Of a DNA stretch of 64,000 bases, positions 1 to 9,545 are shown one piece after another (the stretch's first letter is position 1; the number at the start of each line of letters is the position of its first letter). Origin of the DNA: Thermodesulfobacteriota bacterium (lineage in GTDB: Bacteria; Desulfobacterota_D; UBA1144; Nemesobacterales; Nemesobacteraceae); contig OZ244920.1 of assembly GCA_965221875.1 (NCBI GenBank), forward strand, positions 489,164 through 553,163, in the 5' to 3' direction. Under the pieces are notes generated by a model. That model made no database searches, was not told the DNA's origin, and saw only the letters and a list, made by a program, of their open reading frames with translations. The position numbers were made by a program, and so were the translations under genes.

Positions 1-144
1 TTCACAGTAAACTACCGCTAGGCTTGGGACAACTTCTTCCGTTTTCCCATCTTAGTTTTTCAAAGTGTTTTCTTGCTTTCTCTTCTGTATTGAAGAGTTC
101 CATAAAGCTGATTCTTTCTCTTTTTGACTTTGCTAATTGACCCA

Positions 145-284
145 TTCCTTTTAATATCTCAAACCGTCGAAGTCAGGTTGTGGAAACAGCGTTCTCAAAG
201 ATGGCTCGTAGTCTTTTACGACATATTCGAGTGACGAGCAAAGAGGAGCTCAAAGAACGTATTCTTAGAGGAAATCAATGCTGA
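145..284 (+). pseudogene. 3' fragment of an IS630-family (DDE_3) transposase gene; upstream frame is degenerate
   Basis: Translation ...ETAFSKMARSLLRHIRVTSKEELKERILRGNQC* resembles C-termini of IS630 transposases, e.g. the copy at 24919-26010 (...FSTLTEKQIRRGVFTSVAHLEKSIKNYL). Confidence 0.3.
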
Positions 285-353
285 CCCTGCTGTGCACAGG
301 TGGAATAAGCTTGATCTGCAGATAGCTTGAAACCGCAAGCCGGGGTTGCTCCC

Positions 354-2048
354 TTATTCGGGTGCGACTTTGAACACGTTGTCGCCGATTTCTTCTCCGG
401 CAATGCCCGTGTTTCTGCGGATAATGTCGGCAAGCTTCGTTTCTTCCACTCTCCTTAGTTCCTCCGCCGACAGGATGCGCTGGTACCAGAAACGGTCGCC
501 GTCGCGCAGCACCCTGAACTGATGGGAGACGATCGTGTGAAAAAGCTCGCCGAGCATTGATTCGCCATGACGACCTTCCGCTATCCCCGCACTCCAGATA
601 TCCATGTCGTCCGTGGTTTCATAGACCTCGCGAAGCTTTCTTTGCACTTCAGGATCTTTGTTTATGTCAGAGAAACTCTCATTCCGCCCAAGTCCCAGCG
701 CTTCGCGCATTTCGTTGTAGTCAGGAAGTCCGTGATCCCGGCCGCGCTGAATGTTGAGGCTGACCAGGTCAAGACCCGCCCCTTGAATTCTCGGTGTTCC
801 CGTCGGCAGGCTGTCTACGAACAGGAAGTTGCGGACATCATCAATGATGAGCGGGTCCACCCGCTGGTGCTTGCGGGTCGCAAAACCTCTGAGTATCAGA
901 TCAATACCGGATTGTATCGGGTCAATTCCTAATTCGGCGAACCTATCCGGCCTGACGAAAAAAGCGTCTTTTAATGCCACTGCCCCAACCTCTTCGCCGT
1001 GCGTGTCGACAAGTGGAATTTTCGGATCAAGGAAGGTGTGTCCTACCCGGAAGGCTGCCGAGGAAAATGAATTGACAACGCCTGAGTTGATTGAGTCATC
1101 ATAGCCGGAGTAAGGCGGCAGAGCGTCGGGTCCCAGCAGTAAGGGCAGAAATTCATTATAGGTGATCGCCTGTATATGGGCTCCGACTATCCGTCTTGCC
1201 CTCTGATAGATTTCCTCGCCGGACAAACTGGGGTTGCTCATGGCAATTTCTTCGGCAAGCCTGTTATGCTCACGCATAAAAAGCGCTTGGATCGAGAGGA
1301 TGCCGAGATTTTCGTTAGCCCGTTCGTCGCCGGCAAAGAAAAAAACCGATAACGCGAAACGAGAGTTGGGAAATTGCCGCTCGTTTCTGGGAAGAAAGTT
1401 TCCTTCGGATGTCTTAAGTCTGCCGGTTCCGTCGTTTGTCCGCAATGCGTCCGCGCGTTTCGCGTCAGATCCGTAAACGGTTGACGCGTCAATCCATCCG
1501 GTGACTTCATTCATCTGCTGGCGAGGGTTTTCCCCTGATCCGCCGGTGGCCGGATCATTGATGGCGCGATTGAAGAACATCTCGGCCTCGCCGGTTCCCT
1601 GCGGATCTAAAATTTCATCTCCCCGCGGAATCTTGATATTGGCCGGTTCTTCGTCGGAATTATCTGAGAAAGTGATGTCGTGATCTATGAACTGCCCCCA
1701 GAGCCACATGAAATTGGTTGTTGAGTCCGGATTGGCAATCAGTTCTTTCTGGGCGTGTACGATGTTGCTGATTCTTCTGGGGTTGGGACGGTCCGGTCCG
1801 GAAAAAGAGCTTATTCCGTCAGCGTATGCGGCAGGGGCGAGGCGAACCAGCTGAGTAACCGCCTTATTCATTTCCGGATATTTGAGATTATTGCCGCTTC
1901 CGTCAATCGTTCTGTATAACTGAACCTCAGCGGGAATATCATTTTTATCTGATCCTCCGCATGTAGTCACGGCGAAAACAGCGCAGAGCAGCAGAGCGCC
2001 TCCCGGATTCAGCTGCCATGAATGCAGAAAAGATAAAAAACGCCTCAT
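354..2048 (-). CDS. animal-type heme peroxidase family protein (peroxinectin/peroxidasin-like), predicted lipoprotein
   Basis: ORF with WGQFIDHD distal-His motif, RFWY, HN motifs typical of PF03098 animal heme peroxidases; likely start MRRFLSF at 2046-2048 giving signal/lipobox LLLCAVFAVTTC; start abuts stop of upstream adhesin gene. Confidence 0.85.
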   Translation of the reverse strand: MRRFLSFLHSWQLNPGGALLLCAVFAVTTCGGSDKNDIPAEVQLYRTIDGSGNNLKYPEMNKAVTQLVRLAPAAYADGISSFSGPDRPNPRRISNIVHAQKELIANPDSTTNFMWLWGQFIDHDITFSDNSDEEPANIKIPRGDEILDPQGTGEAEMFFNRAINDPATGGSGENPRQQMNEVTGWIDASTVYGSDAKRADALRTNDGTGRLKTSEGNFLPRNERQFPNSRFALSVFFFAGDERANENLGILSIQALFMREHNRLAEEIAMSNPSLSGEEIYQRARRIVGAHIQAITYNEFLPLLLGPDALPPYSGYDDSINSGVVNSFSSAAFRVGHTFLDPKIPLVDTHGEEVGAVALKDAFFVRPDRFAELGIDPIQSGIDLILRGFATRKHQRVDPLIIDDVRNFLFVDSLPTGTPRIQGAGLDLVSLNIQRGRDHGLPDYNEMREALGLGRNESFSDINKDPEVQRKLREVYETTDDMDIWSAGIAEGRHGESMLGELFHTIVSHQFRVLRDGDRFWYQRILSAEELRRVEETKLADIIRRNTGIAGEEIGDNVFKVAPE

Positions 2049-2049
2049 C

Positions 2050-5000
2050 TCAGCAAGTATCTTTTTTGTTTTTTGTCTGAATGCCGTTTTCGTGTTGCGC
2101 GTTTCGCCTCCCCGCAAGCAACATCATCCCCAGCAAGAAAACCCCAAGAGCAAACTCCGGAATGTTCTGCCTGAATCCGCTGCCGGAAGCAACGGAGCAT
2201 CCTCCTCCCGCACCTGTCGTCTGGGTTGGTTCGCTTGTGTCGTGGGAGGGAGAGACGGCAGAAGAAGTCCCCTCATCCTGCCCGCAGATATCATTGTCTG
2301 TAAAAACAATATCGTTATCATCAACCCACTGCGTGAACCACTGCTCTTCGGGAGCGCATACCCCGCTTCCGCTTATGTCAACATACTCAAGCGCGGTATC
2401 CGCTATACGCTGTGGCAGTTCTCCCGTTAAATCAGGATTGTCAGAAACATCAAGCCTCTCAAGATCTGAAAGCTCCCACACAGCATCCGTGATATCCCCT
2501 CTTAACCCCGAAGCCGAGAGATCAAGCTCACTTACCCTGTCCTCACTGTTAACCCCTACCCCCTGCCATCCTGAATAATCAAAAACAGTTTCATCAAGAG
2601 CAAACCAGCCCTGAAGAGAAGAATCTCCATTAACGTCCTTAACTCTTCTAAGCACCGCCCTGTCAACCCTCTTTCCAAGCTCATCAGTAATTGTTCCCCC
2701 AAGCCCCGCATTGCCCCAGAGGGCAAGCTCTTCAAGAGAACCAAGTGTCTCAAGCTCCGCTACGGGAATAGTTCCCGCAAGGCTGTTATCGTTCATCCAG
2801 AGAACCTCAAGCTGCTCAAGCTTGCCTATATCCTGATCAATGGTTCCGGAGAGATTGTTGTCTTCGAGGAGAAGCTCAGTAACCCTGCCGTCTGAATCAG
2901 CGCTCACCCCGTACCACAGAGCAATCGGTGCATCACTGTTCCAGTTGTCATTGCGTGTCCATCTTGCTCCCCCCGAAGCTTTGTATATCTCCACAAGCGC
3001 CCCGCGGTCAGGACTCGTAACGTCGTCCGTATTTCCACTGAATGTACCGGTATCTTCACTGACCGCATCGGTAACAGTCGGCGGGTCGTCATCGTCACTG
3101 ACCGTAACAGACGCTGATAACCTGGTACCCACAGTGTAGCCGGTTCCCTGTTTTAATGTCACAGTCACGCTTCCTCCCGGTTCGTCCTTTTTGTCATCCA
3201 GTGTAGACACGGTAAAGGATGCTGAACCCTTATTCGCCTTGATCGTAACTGTTTTGGTTCCTTCATTGCCTGAGTGCACAAAATCCCCTTCGCCTGAATC
3301 CTCAGAGACCGACAGGTTCACTGTAATGTCTTTTGCCGGAGCAGGAGAGGCGCTCACAGTGAATTTAGCGGCCTTACCCTCAGTTACTCCTAAACCACCG
3401 GAGATTGTGATTTCGGGAGTCGGGTCGTCATCATCTTCAACTGTTACGGACGCAGACCCCGGAGACCCTGCACTGTATCCGGTACCCGCCTCCACGGTTG
3501 CAGTGATGGTTCCGTCGAGCTCATCCGCGTTGTCGTTCACCGTTGTCACGGTCAGGCTGGCCGTACCGTCCGTGCCTATAGTTACCCTTGTTGAGCCGGT
3601 CTGCCCGCTTACCGCGAAGTTGCCGCTGTCAGATACCGTGACTTTCACAAAGACACTGCCGGAGCTCGGGGCGGGCGATGCGGTCAGGGTGAAAGTGGCT
3701 GACCCACCTTCGGTTACGGCGTTCCCGCCGGAGATGGTGACTTCAGGAGTCGGGTCGTCATCATCTTCAACTGTTACGGACGCAGACCCCGGAGACCCTG
3801 CACTGTATCCGGTGCCCGCCTCCACGGTTGCAGTGATGGTTCCGTCGAGCTCATCCGCGTTGTCGTTCACCGTTGTCACGGTCAGGCTGGCCGTACCGTC
3901 CGTGCCTATAGTTACCCTTGTTGAGCCGGTCTGCCCGCTTACCGCGAAGTTGCCGCTGTCAGATACCGTGACTTTCACAAAGACACTGCCGGAGCTCGGG
4001 GCGGGCGATGCGGTCAGGGTGAAAGTGGCTGACCCACCTTCGGTTACGGCGTTCCCGCCGGAGATGGTGATTTCAGGAGTCGGGTCGTCATCATCTTCAA
4101 CTGTTACGGACGCAGACCCCGGAGACCCTGCACTGTATCCGGTGCCCGCTTCCACGGTTGCCGTGATGGTTCCGTCCGGCTCATCCGCGTTGTCGTTCGC
4201 CGTGGTCACGGTCAGGCTGGCCGTACCTCCCGTGCCTATAGTTACCTTTTTTGAGCCGGTATGGCCGTTAGCCGCGAAAGAGCCGCTGTCGGCTATCATG
4301 ACTCTCACCGAGATATCGGAGCTCGGGGCGGGCGATGCGGTCAGGGTGAAAGTGGCAGATTCCCCTTCGGTTAAAGTGCTCCCGCCGGAGATGGTAATTA
4401 CAGGAGTCGGGTCGTCATCATCTCTGACTGTCACGGACGCGGAATTCGGAGATCCTATACCATAGCCGCTGCCTGTTCCCAGAGTCGCAGCGATGGTTCC
4501 GTCAAGCTCGTCCGCGCTGTCATTCACCGTGGTCACGGTCAGGCTGGCCGTACCTCCCGTGCCTATAGTCACCTTTTTTGAGCCGGTCTGGCCGTTAGCC
4601 GCGAAAGAGCCGTTGTCGGCTATCGTGACTTTCACCGAGATGGCGGAGCTCGGGGCGGGCGATGCAGTCAGGGTGAAAGTGGCAGATTCCCCTTCGGTTA
4701 CAGCGCTCCCGCCGGAGATGCTCACCAGCGGAACTGTCGGAGGCGCTGTATCGTCAGATTCAATTACTACGTCAAAACTGTTGCTGCTCCCGTGCGGGTT
4801 CGCCCCGCCGCCAACGTTGGTGCCCAGCCCCGCGCGGTCAAAACCGTTGGTTCCGCCGCCGTCGGGACCCAGAGCGACAGTAAGGGTTTCGTCGCTTTCA
4901 ATGTGACTGTCATCTGTCGGCGTCAGCGTTAGGGTAGCCGTTCTGGCTCCGGCATTTTGGAAAATCACCGCGGGCGTGAGAGTGTCTGAACCGGAGACGG

Positions 5001-6369
5001 TGACGCCCTTGTTAAGACTGCCGCCGCTTTTTTTTGCCAGGCTGAAATCCCCGGCTGTGACTCCGCTGCCGGACAGTACAAGAGGCACGTCAATACGTTC
5101 GCCCGTCGCAAGCGCGCGGCTCAGGGTCACCGTGAACTCCGCGTCCGCCTTCACTCCCGTCCCGCCCTCCGCCACTGCTCCCGAATCACTGCGCCCGAGA
5201 TTCACCACCACCGCGTCGTTATCCTCTATGGTAATCGTGACTAGATTGAGATACCCCGCGGCTATTCCCCCAGGCAGAGAGCTGCCAAACTGTATCACTA
5301 CCCTCTCAGACGACTCGTCCGTACTGTCGTCAACCGCCGCGAAGCTCCCGCTGCCGCTTTTTGCCCCGTCGGCAATGCTGATGGAACTTGGTGCCGTGTA
5401 GTCCCCGGACTGCGCGGTCGTGTCTCTTCCGATAACCAGGGGAATGCTGAGCGCACCGCCCGAGGCATTGCTGCTTGTCAGCATCGCTGTAATGCTGAGT
5501 GCCCCGTCCCCTTCGGTCATACTGGTAGCTGATCGGCCGTTCACCAAAAGGTTCACCGTATTAGTGCGCTCGAATGTCATCCTTGCCACAGGAGCGGTTG
5601 CTCCCGAAAACTTGCCTTTCCCCCTAAGGCTGGTGATTGGCACATGAGGTTTGCTGGGAGGATTGTTAAGCGAAAATTCAGTCCCTTCCTCCGTGCCCGC
5701 GTCGTAGGGATAAAGATCCAATGTGACGGAAGAAATCCAGTTGCTCTGGCTGTTGAGAAGAGAATAATTCGAGACTCCTATAAACCAGTCCGGGGAGAAA
5801 TCAAGCATAGCCAGAAAAGTAACCAGAGGAGCTTTTTTGCATAAGGTGATTACTCTGCTCAATGTCTCCTCGCCGCGTGGATAACGACCATACGGGAAGA
5901 AATCGGTAGCTTCCACGGTACCTGCTCTGAATTCATCGATAATTTCATCATTAATCTCAAACGTTTCGCCGAGTTCCGCAACATTTTCCACACCCGGGCT
6001 TGCCATGCCGCCTGGCTTCCAGAAAGTTTTCTGACTGGTATGTGTGACCCATATTATCTGGGTGAACCGCGCAATGTGCGGAAGACCTCCCGGAGAGCTC
6101 GCGCTGTTGAAATTGCCCTGAAACGTCATTCTATAGTGAACCAGTTCGTTGGTAGAGCAAGGGTCACCGGCATAAGCCGTTTCCGTCTTTGCGCCGAGAA
6201 CTGCTGCGGCGAGAACAAGTACCATCGCAACGCTGAGAAATCCGGAAAACCGGTTTTTGCTCGGTCGGGATTTTGATAAAGGATTTTGCGGAAAGGAGGG
6301 AACTGTGGATGAAGGTGCCGCAGGTTCCTGAGTCGGCAACCTCTGGGATTTTGCTGAAACCGAAGACAT
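2050..6369 (-). CDS. giant secreted surface/adhesin protein: spondin_N-like N-domain, five ~110-aa Calx-beta-like tandem repeats, LRR region, C-terminal sorting signal
   Basis: 1439-aa ORF; N-terminal hydrophobic signal; 110-aa repeats DDDDPTPEITISGG..TEG.SATFTLTAS..VNDNADE.DGTITAT (Calx-beta-like); LRR segment LSGTIDQDIGKLEQLEVLWMNDNSLAGTIP; C-terminus GGGCSVASGSG..IPEFALGVFLLGMMLLAGRRN (PEP-CTERM/MYXO-CTERM-like tripartite signal). Confidence 0.8.
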   Translation of the reverse strand: MSSVSAKSQRLPTQEPAAPSSTVPSFPQNPLSKSRPSKNRFSGFLSVAMVLVLAAAVLGAKTETAYAGDPCSTNELVHYRMTFQGNFNSASSPGGLPHIARFTQIIWVTHTSQKTFWKPGGMASPGVENVAELGETFEINDEIIDEFRAGTVEATDFFPYGRYPRGEETLSRVITLCKKAPLVTFLAMLDFSPDWFIGVSNYSLLNSQSNWISSVTLDLYPYDAGTEEGTEFSLNNPPSKPHVPITSLRGKGKFSGATAPVARMTFERTNTVNLLVNGRSATSMTEGDGALSITAMLTSSNASGGALSIPLVIGRDTTAQSGDYTAPSSISIADGAKSGSGSFAAVDDSTDESSERVVIQFGSSLPGGIAAGYLNLVTITIEDNDAVVVNLGRSDSGAVAEGGTGVKADAEFTVTLSRALATGERIDVPLVLSGSGVTAGDFSLAKKSGGSLNKGVTVSGSDTLTPAVIFQNAGARTATLTLTPTDDSHIESDETLTVALGPDGGGTNGFDRAGLGTNVGGGANPHGSSNSFDVVIESDDTAPPTVPLVSISGGSAVTEGESATFTLTASPAPSSAISVKVTIADNGSFAANGQTGSKKVTIGTGGTASLTVTTVNDSADELDGTIAATLGTGSGYGIGSPNSASVTVRDDDDPTPVITISGGSTLTEGESATFTLTASPAPSSDISVRVMIADSGSFAANGHTGSKKVTIGTGGTASLTVTTANDNADEPDGTITATVEAGTGYSAGSPGSASVTVEDDDDPTPEITISGGNAVTEGGSATFTLTASPAPSSGSVFVKVTVSDSGNFAVSGQTGSTRVTIGTDGTASLTVTTVNDNADELDGTITATVEAGTGYSAGSPGSASVTVEDDDDPTPEVTISGGNAVTEGGSATFTLTASPAPSSGSVFVKVTVSDSGNFAVSGQTGSTRVTIGTDGTASLTVTTVNDNADELDGTITATVEAGTGYSAGSPGSASVTVEDDDDPTPEITISGGLGVTEGKAAKFTVSASPAPAKDITVNLSVSEDSGEGDFVHSGNEGTKTVTIKANKGSASFTVSTLDDKKDEPGGSVTVTLKQGTGYTVGTRLSASVTVSDDDDPPTVTDAVSEDTGTFSGNTDDVTSPDRGALVEIYKASGGARWTRNDNWNSDAPIALWYGVSADSDGRVTELLLEDNNLSGTIDQDIGKLEQLEVLWMNDNSLAGTIPVAELETLGSLEELALWGNAGLGGTITDELGKRVDRAVLRRVKDVNGDSSLQGWFALDETVFDYSGWQGVGVNSEDRVSELDLSASGLRGDITDAVWELSDLERLDVSDNPDLTGELPQRIADTALEYVDISGSGVCAPEEQWFTQWVDDNDIVFTDNDICGQDEGTSSAVSPSHDTSEPTQTTGAGGGCSVASGSGFRQNIPEFALGVFLLGMMLLAGRRNAQHENGIQTKNKKDTC
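3090..4740. repeat. ~330-bp tandem DNA repeats (5 units, central units near-identical) encoding the Calx-beta-like modules of the adhesin
   Basis: cgggtcgtcatcatcttcaactgttacggacgcagaccccgg recurs at 3421, 3751, 4081, ~4408 with near-identical intervening sequence. Confidence 0.7.
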
Positions 6370-6659
6370 CTGTTTCTTCCGGTGGTTTTAAGCTACCTCT
6401 AAGAAATATTCTTAAAGTTTTAGGCGCTTCTAAAAAATACCCTCGTATAGCATCAGTTAAACTTGAAAACACTAAAAAAGGGAAAAGTCTATCAACTCAC
6501 CCCCCCCTGTCAAACTGCGGGGTGGCATGTGGAACTTTCATGTGCGCCTCCGGAGGCCGGTGGATAGGGTGGATGCTATGAGGATGGCCGCGACGGCATG
6601 ATAGCCGGTAGCGTCATGGGCGATTGTATCCATGGCGAAGAAGGCAACGACTCCATATA

Positions 6660-6730
6660 AGAGCATGGGTGGTGACAACACTCTTGACGGCGGTTCAGGA
6701 AACGACAAGCTCTGCGGGGTGAATCAGTTT
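6660..6730 (+). pseudogene. short remnant of an RTX (GGxGxD) repeat gene within a 1.3-kb ORF-poor region
   Basis: Translation GGDNTLDGGSGNDKL matches hemolysin-type Ca-binding nonapeptides of the RTX gene at 9546-11639. Confidence 0.25.
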
Positions 6731-7404
6731 CTGTGCTCTCGCAATGTTATCTCAGCATTCCACCGAATAACACATAACCACAGAATATTTTCACAGTATC
6801 AACCTTTCAACAGGACACACTTAACTCGGTGGGTTCTATGGTGCACACATAAGAGCGTGCAGATAGGGCTCATAATTTTTCTTCAGAAACAATCGAATGG
6901 TTCAAGGGGGAGGTAAAGAACCCTGACGCCACCCGTTACGGTCTGGCTAAGGAACTATGCGAGCGGGACAACTGGCGTAATAACAAGGGGAAGCTGTGTG
7001 AGGGATCGGCACGGAAGATACTTCCCAGGATAGCAGACAGTATAAAAGTCACTCTTTCCCCCACTCGGTCTTTGCCCCCGGCCATGGTTCCCGGAGGGGC
7101 TCCTCCCGCTGAGTACGGCAGGGTCGGGGGTATAGGGTTCTGCGCGGCAAGTTGGCATCAGGGAGCTCGGGACAACTGGATTGGGTGGTCACAATCCGCG
7201 CGGGCAGAGAATCTTGACAAGGTGGTGAACGATCACTAAGGTTCTTCTAGGCGAACATCGGGTTTTTGAAGGCACAGTGACCTAGGTGTTCTTTGGGTTC
7301 TGTCGGAGAATCGGCGGGAAAAGGTCTTTTCTGGCAGACACGAGTTAAGTGTGGGTAGTCGAAAGATCCGAACTGTTTAACCAACCTGTGTGAAGCTTCC
7401 TTAG

Positions 7405-9345
7405 TAATTGAGGCATTTGCGTAGTAAAGGATATGCCTGCAGGGCAAGGGGTTTGGGATGGGCAAAAATATTTCTTACCCCAGAATTTCTACCAAAACCC
7501 TCGAAAACCGCCTGATTCTCTCCAGAAACCACAAATTTCACCCCAAGACCAAACAGATTGAAACTAATGCGGGGGCAAGTAACTTACTGATATTACTTGA
7601 TTTAATGTCGCCATGGGTTAGAATTAATGGTGACAGCCAAATTCACTTTCCCGGAGGAAAAAACCCATGGCGACACAATCTAATCTACCTTTTTGCTGGA
7701 ACCAAGTCGACAAACTCTCCGACCTCAGACGTCTCGAACTTGTTCTAGATGCATTGCCTGATGATGAAATCATTCACGCTCTTTTGGCAATGCGCGGAAA
7801 CGGCCGTAACGAATACCCGGTGGCGGCGATGTGGAGGGCGCTTATTGCTGGCATAGTCTTCCAGCACGCCTCCATAGAATCACTCATACGGGAACTTGAC
7901 CGTAACTCATCACTGCTTGAGATGTGCGGGTTTTGCCCCGTACCCCTGCAAAGCCGTACCAGGTACGAAATTGAACCGAGTGAAGGCATAGCCGGGGTGA
8001 TAGCCATAGATTCCCCTCCCCGCACTCCCGCTCCCAAAAGCTCTGCCTTCTCCCGGTTCCTCTCAAACATAGTAAAGCTTGAACAACAGCGGGGGCTTAT
8101 CTCAAAGATGATTGACACAATGAGGGAAGAGCTGATGGAACTGCTGCCTGACTTCGGTGAGAACCTGGGTTATGACGGCAAGGCCGTAGAAAGCCACTCC
8201 ACGGGAAAGGAGAATCGCAGGACAGGGGAGACTTCAGACCCTGGGGCTGACTGGGGAAAACACGAAACCAAAGGCGTTGATTCAAACGGCAAGGCGTGGA
8301 AGAAGATAAAAACATGGTTTGGTTACGGATTGCATATCATAGCCGACACCAGGTACGAGATACCGGTTGCCTTCAGTTTGACCAAGGCGTCTGTTTCGGA
8401 AGTGAAGGAACTTGACCGCATGACAGATCTGTTGTTTGGAAAAGCCCCGGAGTTAAAAAACAGATGCAGATACTTCAGCGCTGACAAGGGGCTTGACAGC
8501 GGTGCTTTGAAGAAGAAATTCTGGGATGATTATGAAACTCGTCCCATTATAGACATAAGAGAACTTTGGAGAGAGGAGAAGCAGGGACAGAGCTATGTTT
8601 GCGGACAGAAGATCATGAGACCTCTTGGGAGTGTTCACGACAATATCTTCTATACGGAGAAGGGACAGATATGGTGTCGGTGTCCTGTAAGCGGAGAAGA
8701 GCGCAAGATGGTATTCAGTGGGTTTGAACCCGGTAGATGCAGTTTGAAGTTCCGCTGTCCGGCGGCAGTGCTTGGTCTTCACTGCAAAGGGTGGGAGAAG
8801 TGTCACAGGGATGCGCAATGCGAGACAAACGGTTACGGCAGGGTCGTACGCGTGCCTCTTGAGAAGGACCGTCGTATATTTACTCCAACGCCGCGGTGCA
8901 GTACATCATGGAAACGGGCTTACAGGCGCAGAAGCGCCATAGAGCGTATCAACTCCAGAATCGATAACAGTTTCGGGTTCGAAAAACACTTTATCAGGGG
9001 CAAGGCGAAGATGACCACCCGGGTGGGGCTGGCTTTGGCGGTGATGATGGCCCTTGCAGTTGGTCACATAAAAGCTGGGAGGCCTGAGTGTATGAGGTCT
9101 CTTGTGGGTGGGGGTTGGGCTAGGGCTGGATAACATCCCGGTGATTCAGTAAAACAATTTAAACAGTAGTTAACCCAGAAGGGAAAGTTGCGTCCGCGGC
9201 TGATCGGGAGAGGTGAATCGGAGGCGGATTACGTCTGAATCGGGCAGTATGGCCATCTGAGTGCCGGAATACGTCTCGCCGCCGCTCTCGTTCCAGAAAC
9301 CTGAACCCTGAAAATCGTTACAGCGCAAATGCCACGTAATTGGGT
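7405..9345 (+). mobile_element. IS4/IS5-superfamily insertion sequence (~1.94 kb) with ~25-bp terminal inverted repeats
   Basis: IRL 7405-7427 AATTGAGGCATTTGCGTAGTAA vs reverse complement of IRR 9316-9342 AATTACGTGGCATTTGCGCTGTAA; encloses DDE transposase ORF. Confidence 0.6.
7667..9133 (+). CDS. DDE transposase (IS4/IS5-like, DDE_Tnp_1 type)
   Basis: 488-aa ORF; N-terminal LELVLDALPDDEII..MWRALIA..ESLIRELDRN and C-terminal Y..R..AIERINSRID motif typical of IS4-like transposases. Confidence 0.8.
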   Translation: MATQSNLPFCWNQVDKLSDLRRLELVLDALPDDEIIHALLAMRGNGRNEYPVAAMWRALIAGIVFQHASIESLIRELDRNSSLLEMCGFCPVPLQSRTRYEIEPSEGIAGVIAIDSPPRTPAPKSSAFSRFLSNIVKLEQQRGLISKMIDTMREELMELLPDFGENLGYDGKAVESHSTGKENRRTGETSDPGADWGKHETKGVDSNGKAWKKIKTWFGYGLHIIADTRYEIPVAFSLTKASVSEVKELDRMTDLLFGKAPELKNRCRYFSADKGLDSGALKKKFWDDYETRPIIDIRELWREEKQGQSYVCGQKIMRPLGSVHDNIFYTEKGQIWCRCPVSGEERKMVFSGFEPGRCSLKFRCPAAVLGLHCKGWEKCHRDAQCETNGYGRVVRVPLEKDRRIFTPTPRCSTSWKRAYRRRSAIERINSRIDNSFGFEKHFIRGKAKMTTRVGLALAVMMALAVGHIKAGRPECMRSLVGGGWARAG

Positions 9346-9545
9346 TGAGATTCAGCTTCACTGGTGTTACACTACAAGTTAGGCGGTTTGTGGGATTTTC
9401 CGGTTCAGGAAAACAGGAAATCCCCTAAGTTGCTGATTTGTAAAGTTTAAAAAATGTGTTGACACTTCAATGTGTTTTCATGTAACTTAATAAACGATGG
9501 TGTTAAGTTTTGCTTGAAATACGGAAACAATTCATGAGGAGGTAA

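Noticed and set aside
3191-4906. Long plus-strand ORFs (424 aa, 137 aa) antisense to the adhesin gene
   Set aside because: They arise from the GC-rich repetitive Calx-beta coding sequence on the opposite strand; low-complexity translation with no start context
6469-7404. Possible RNase P RNA, tmRNA or group II intron in the ORF-poor region
   Set aside because: No P4 GGAAAGTCCGG, no tRNA-like 3' end or tag reading frame, and no domain V consensus on either strand
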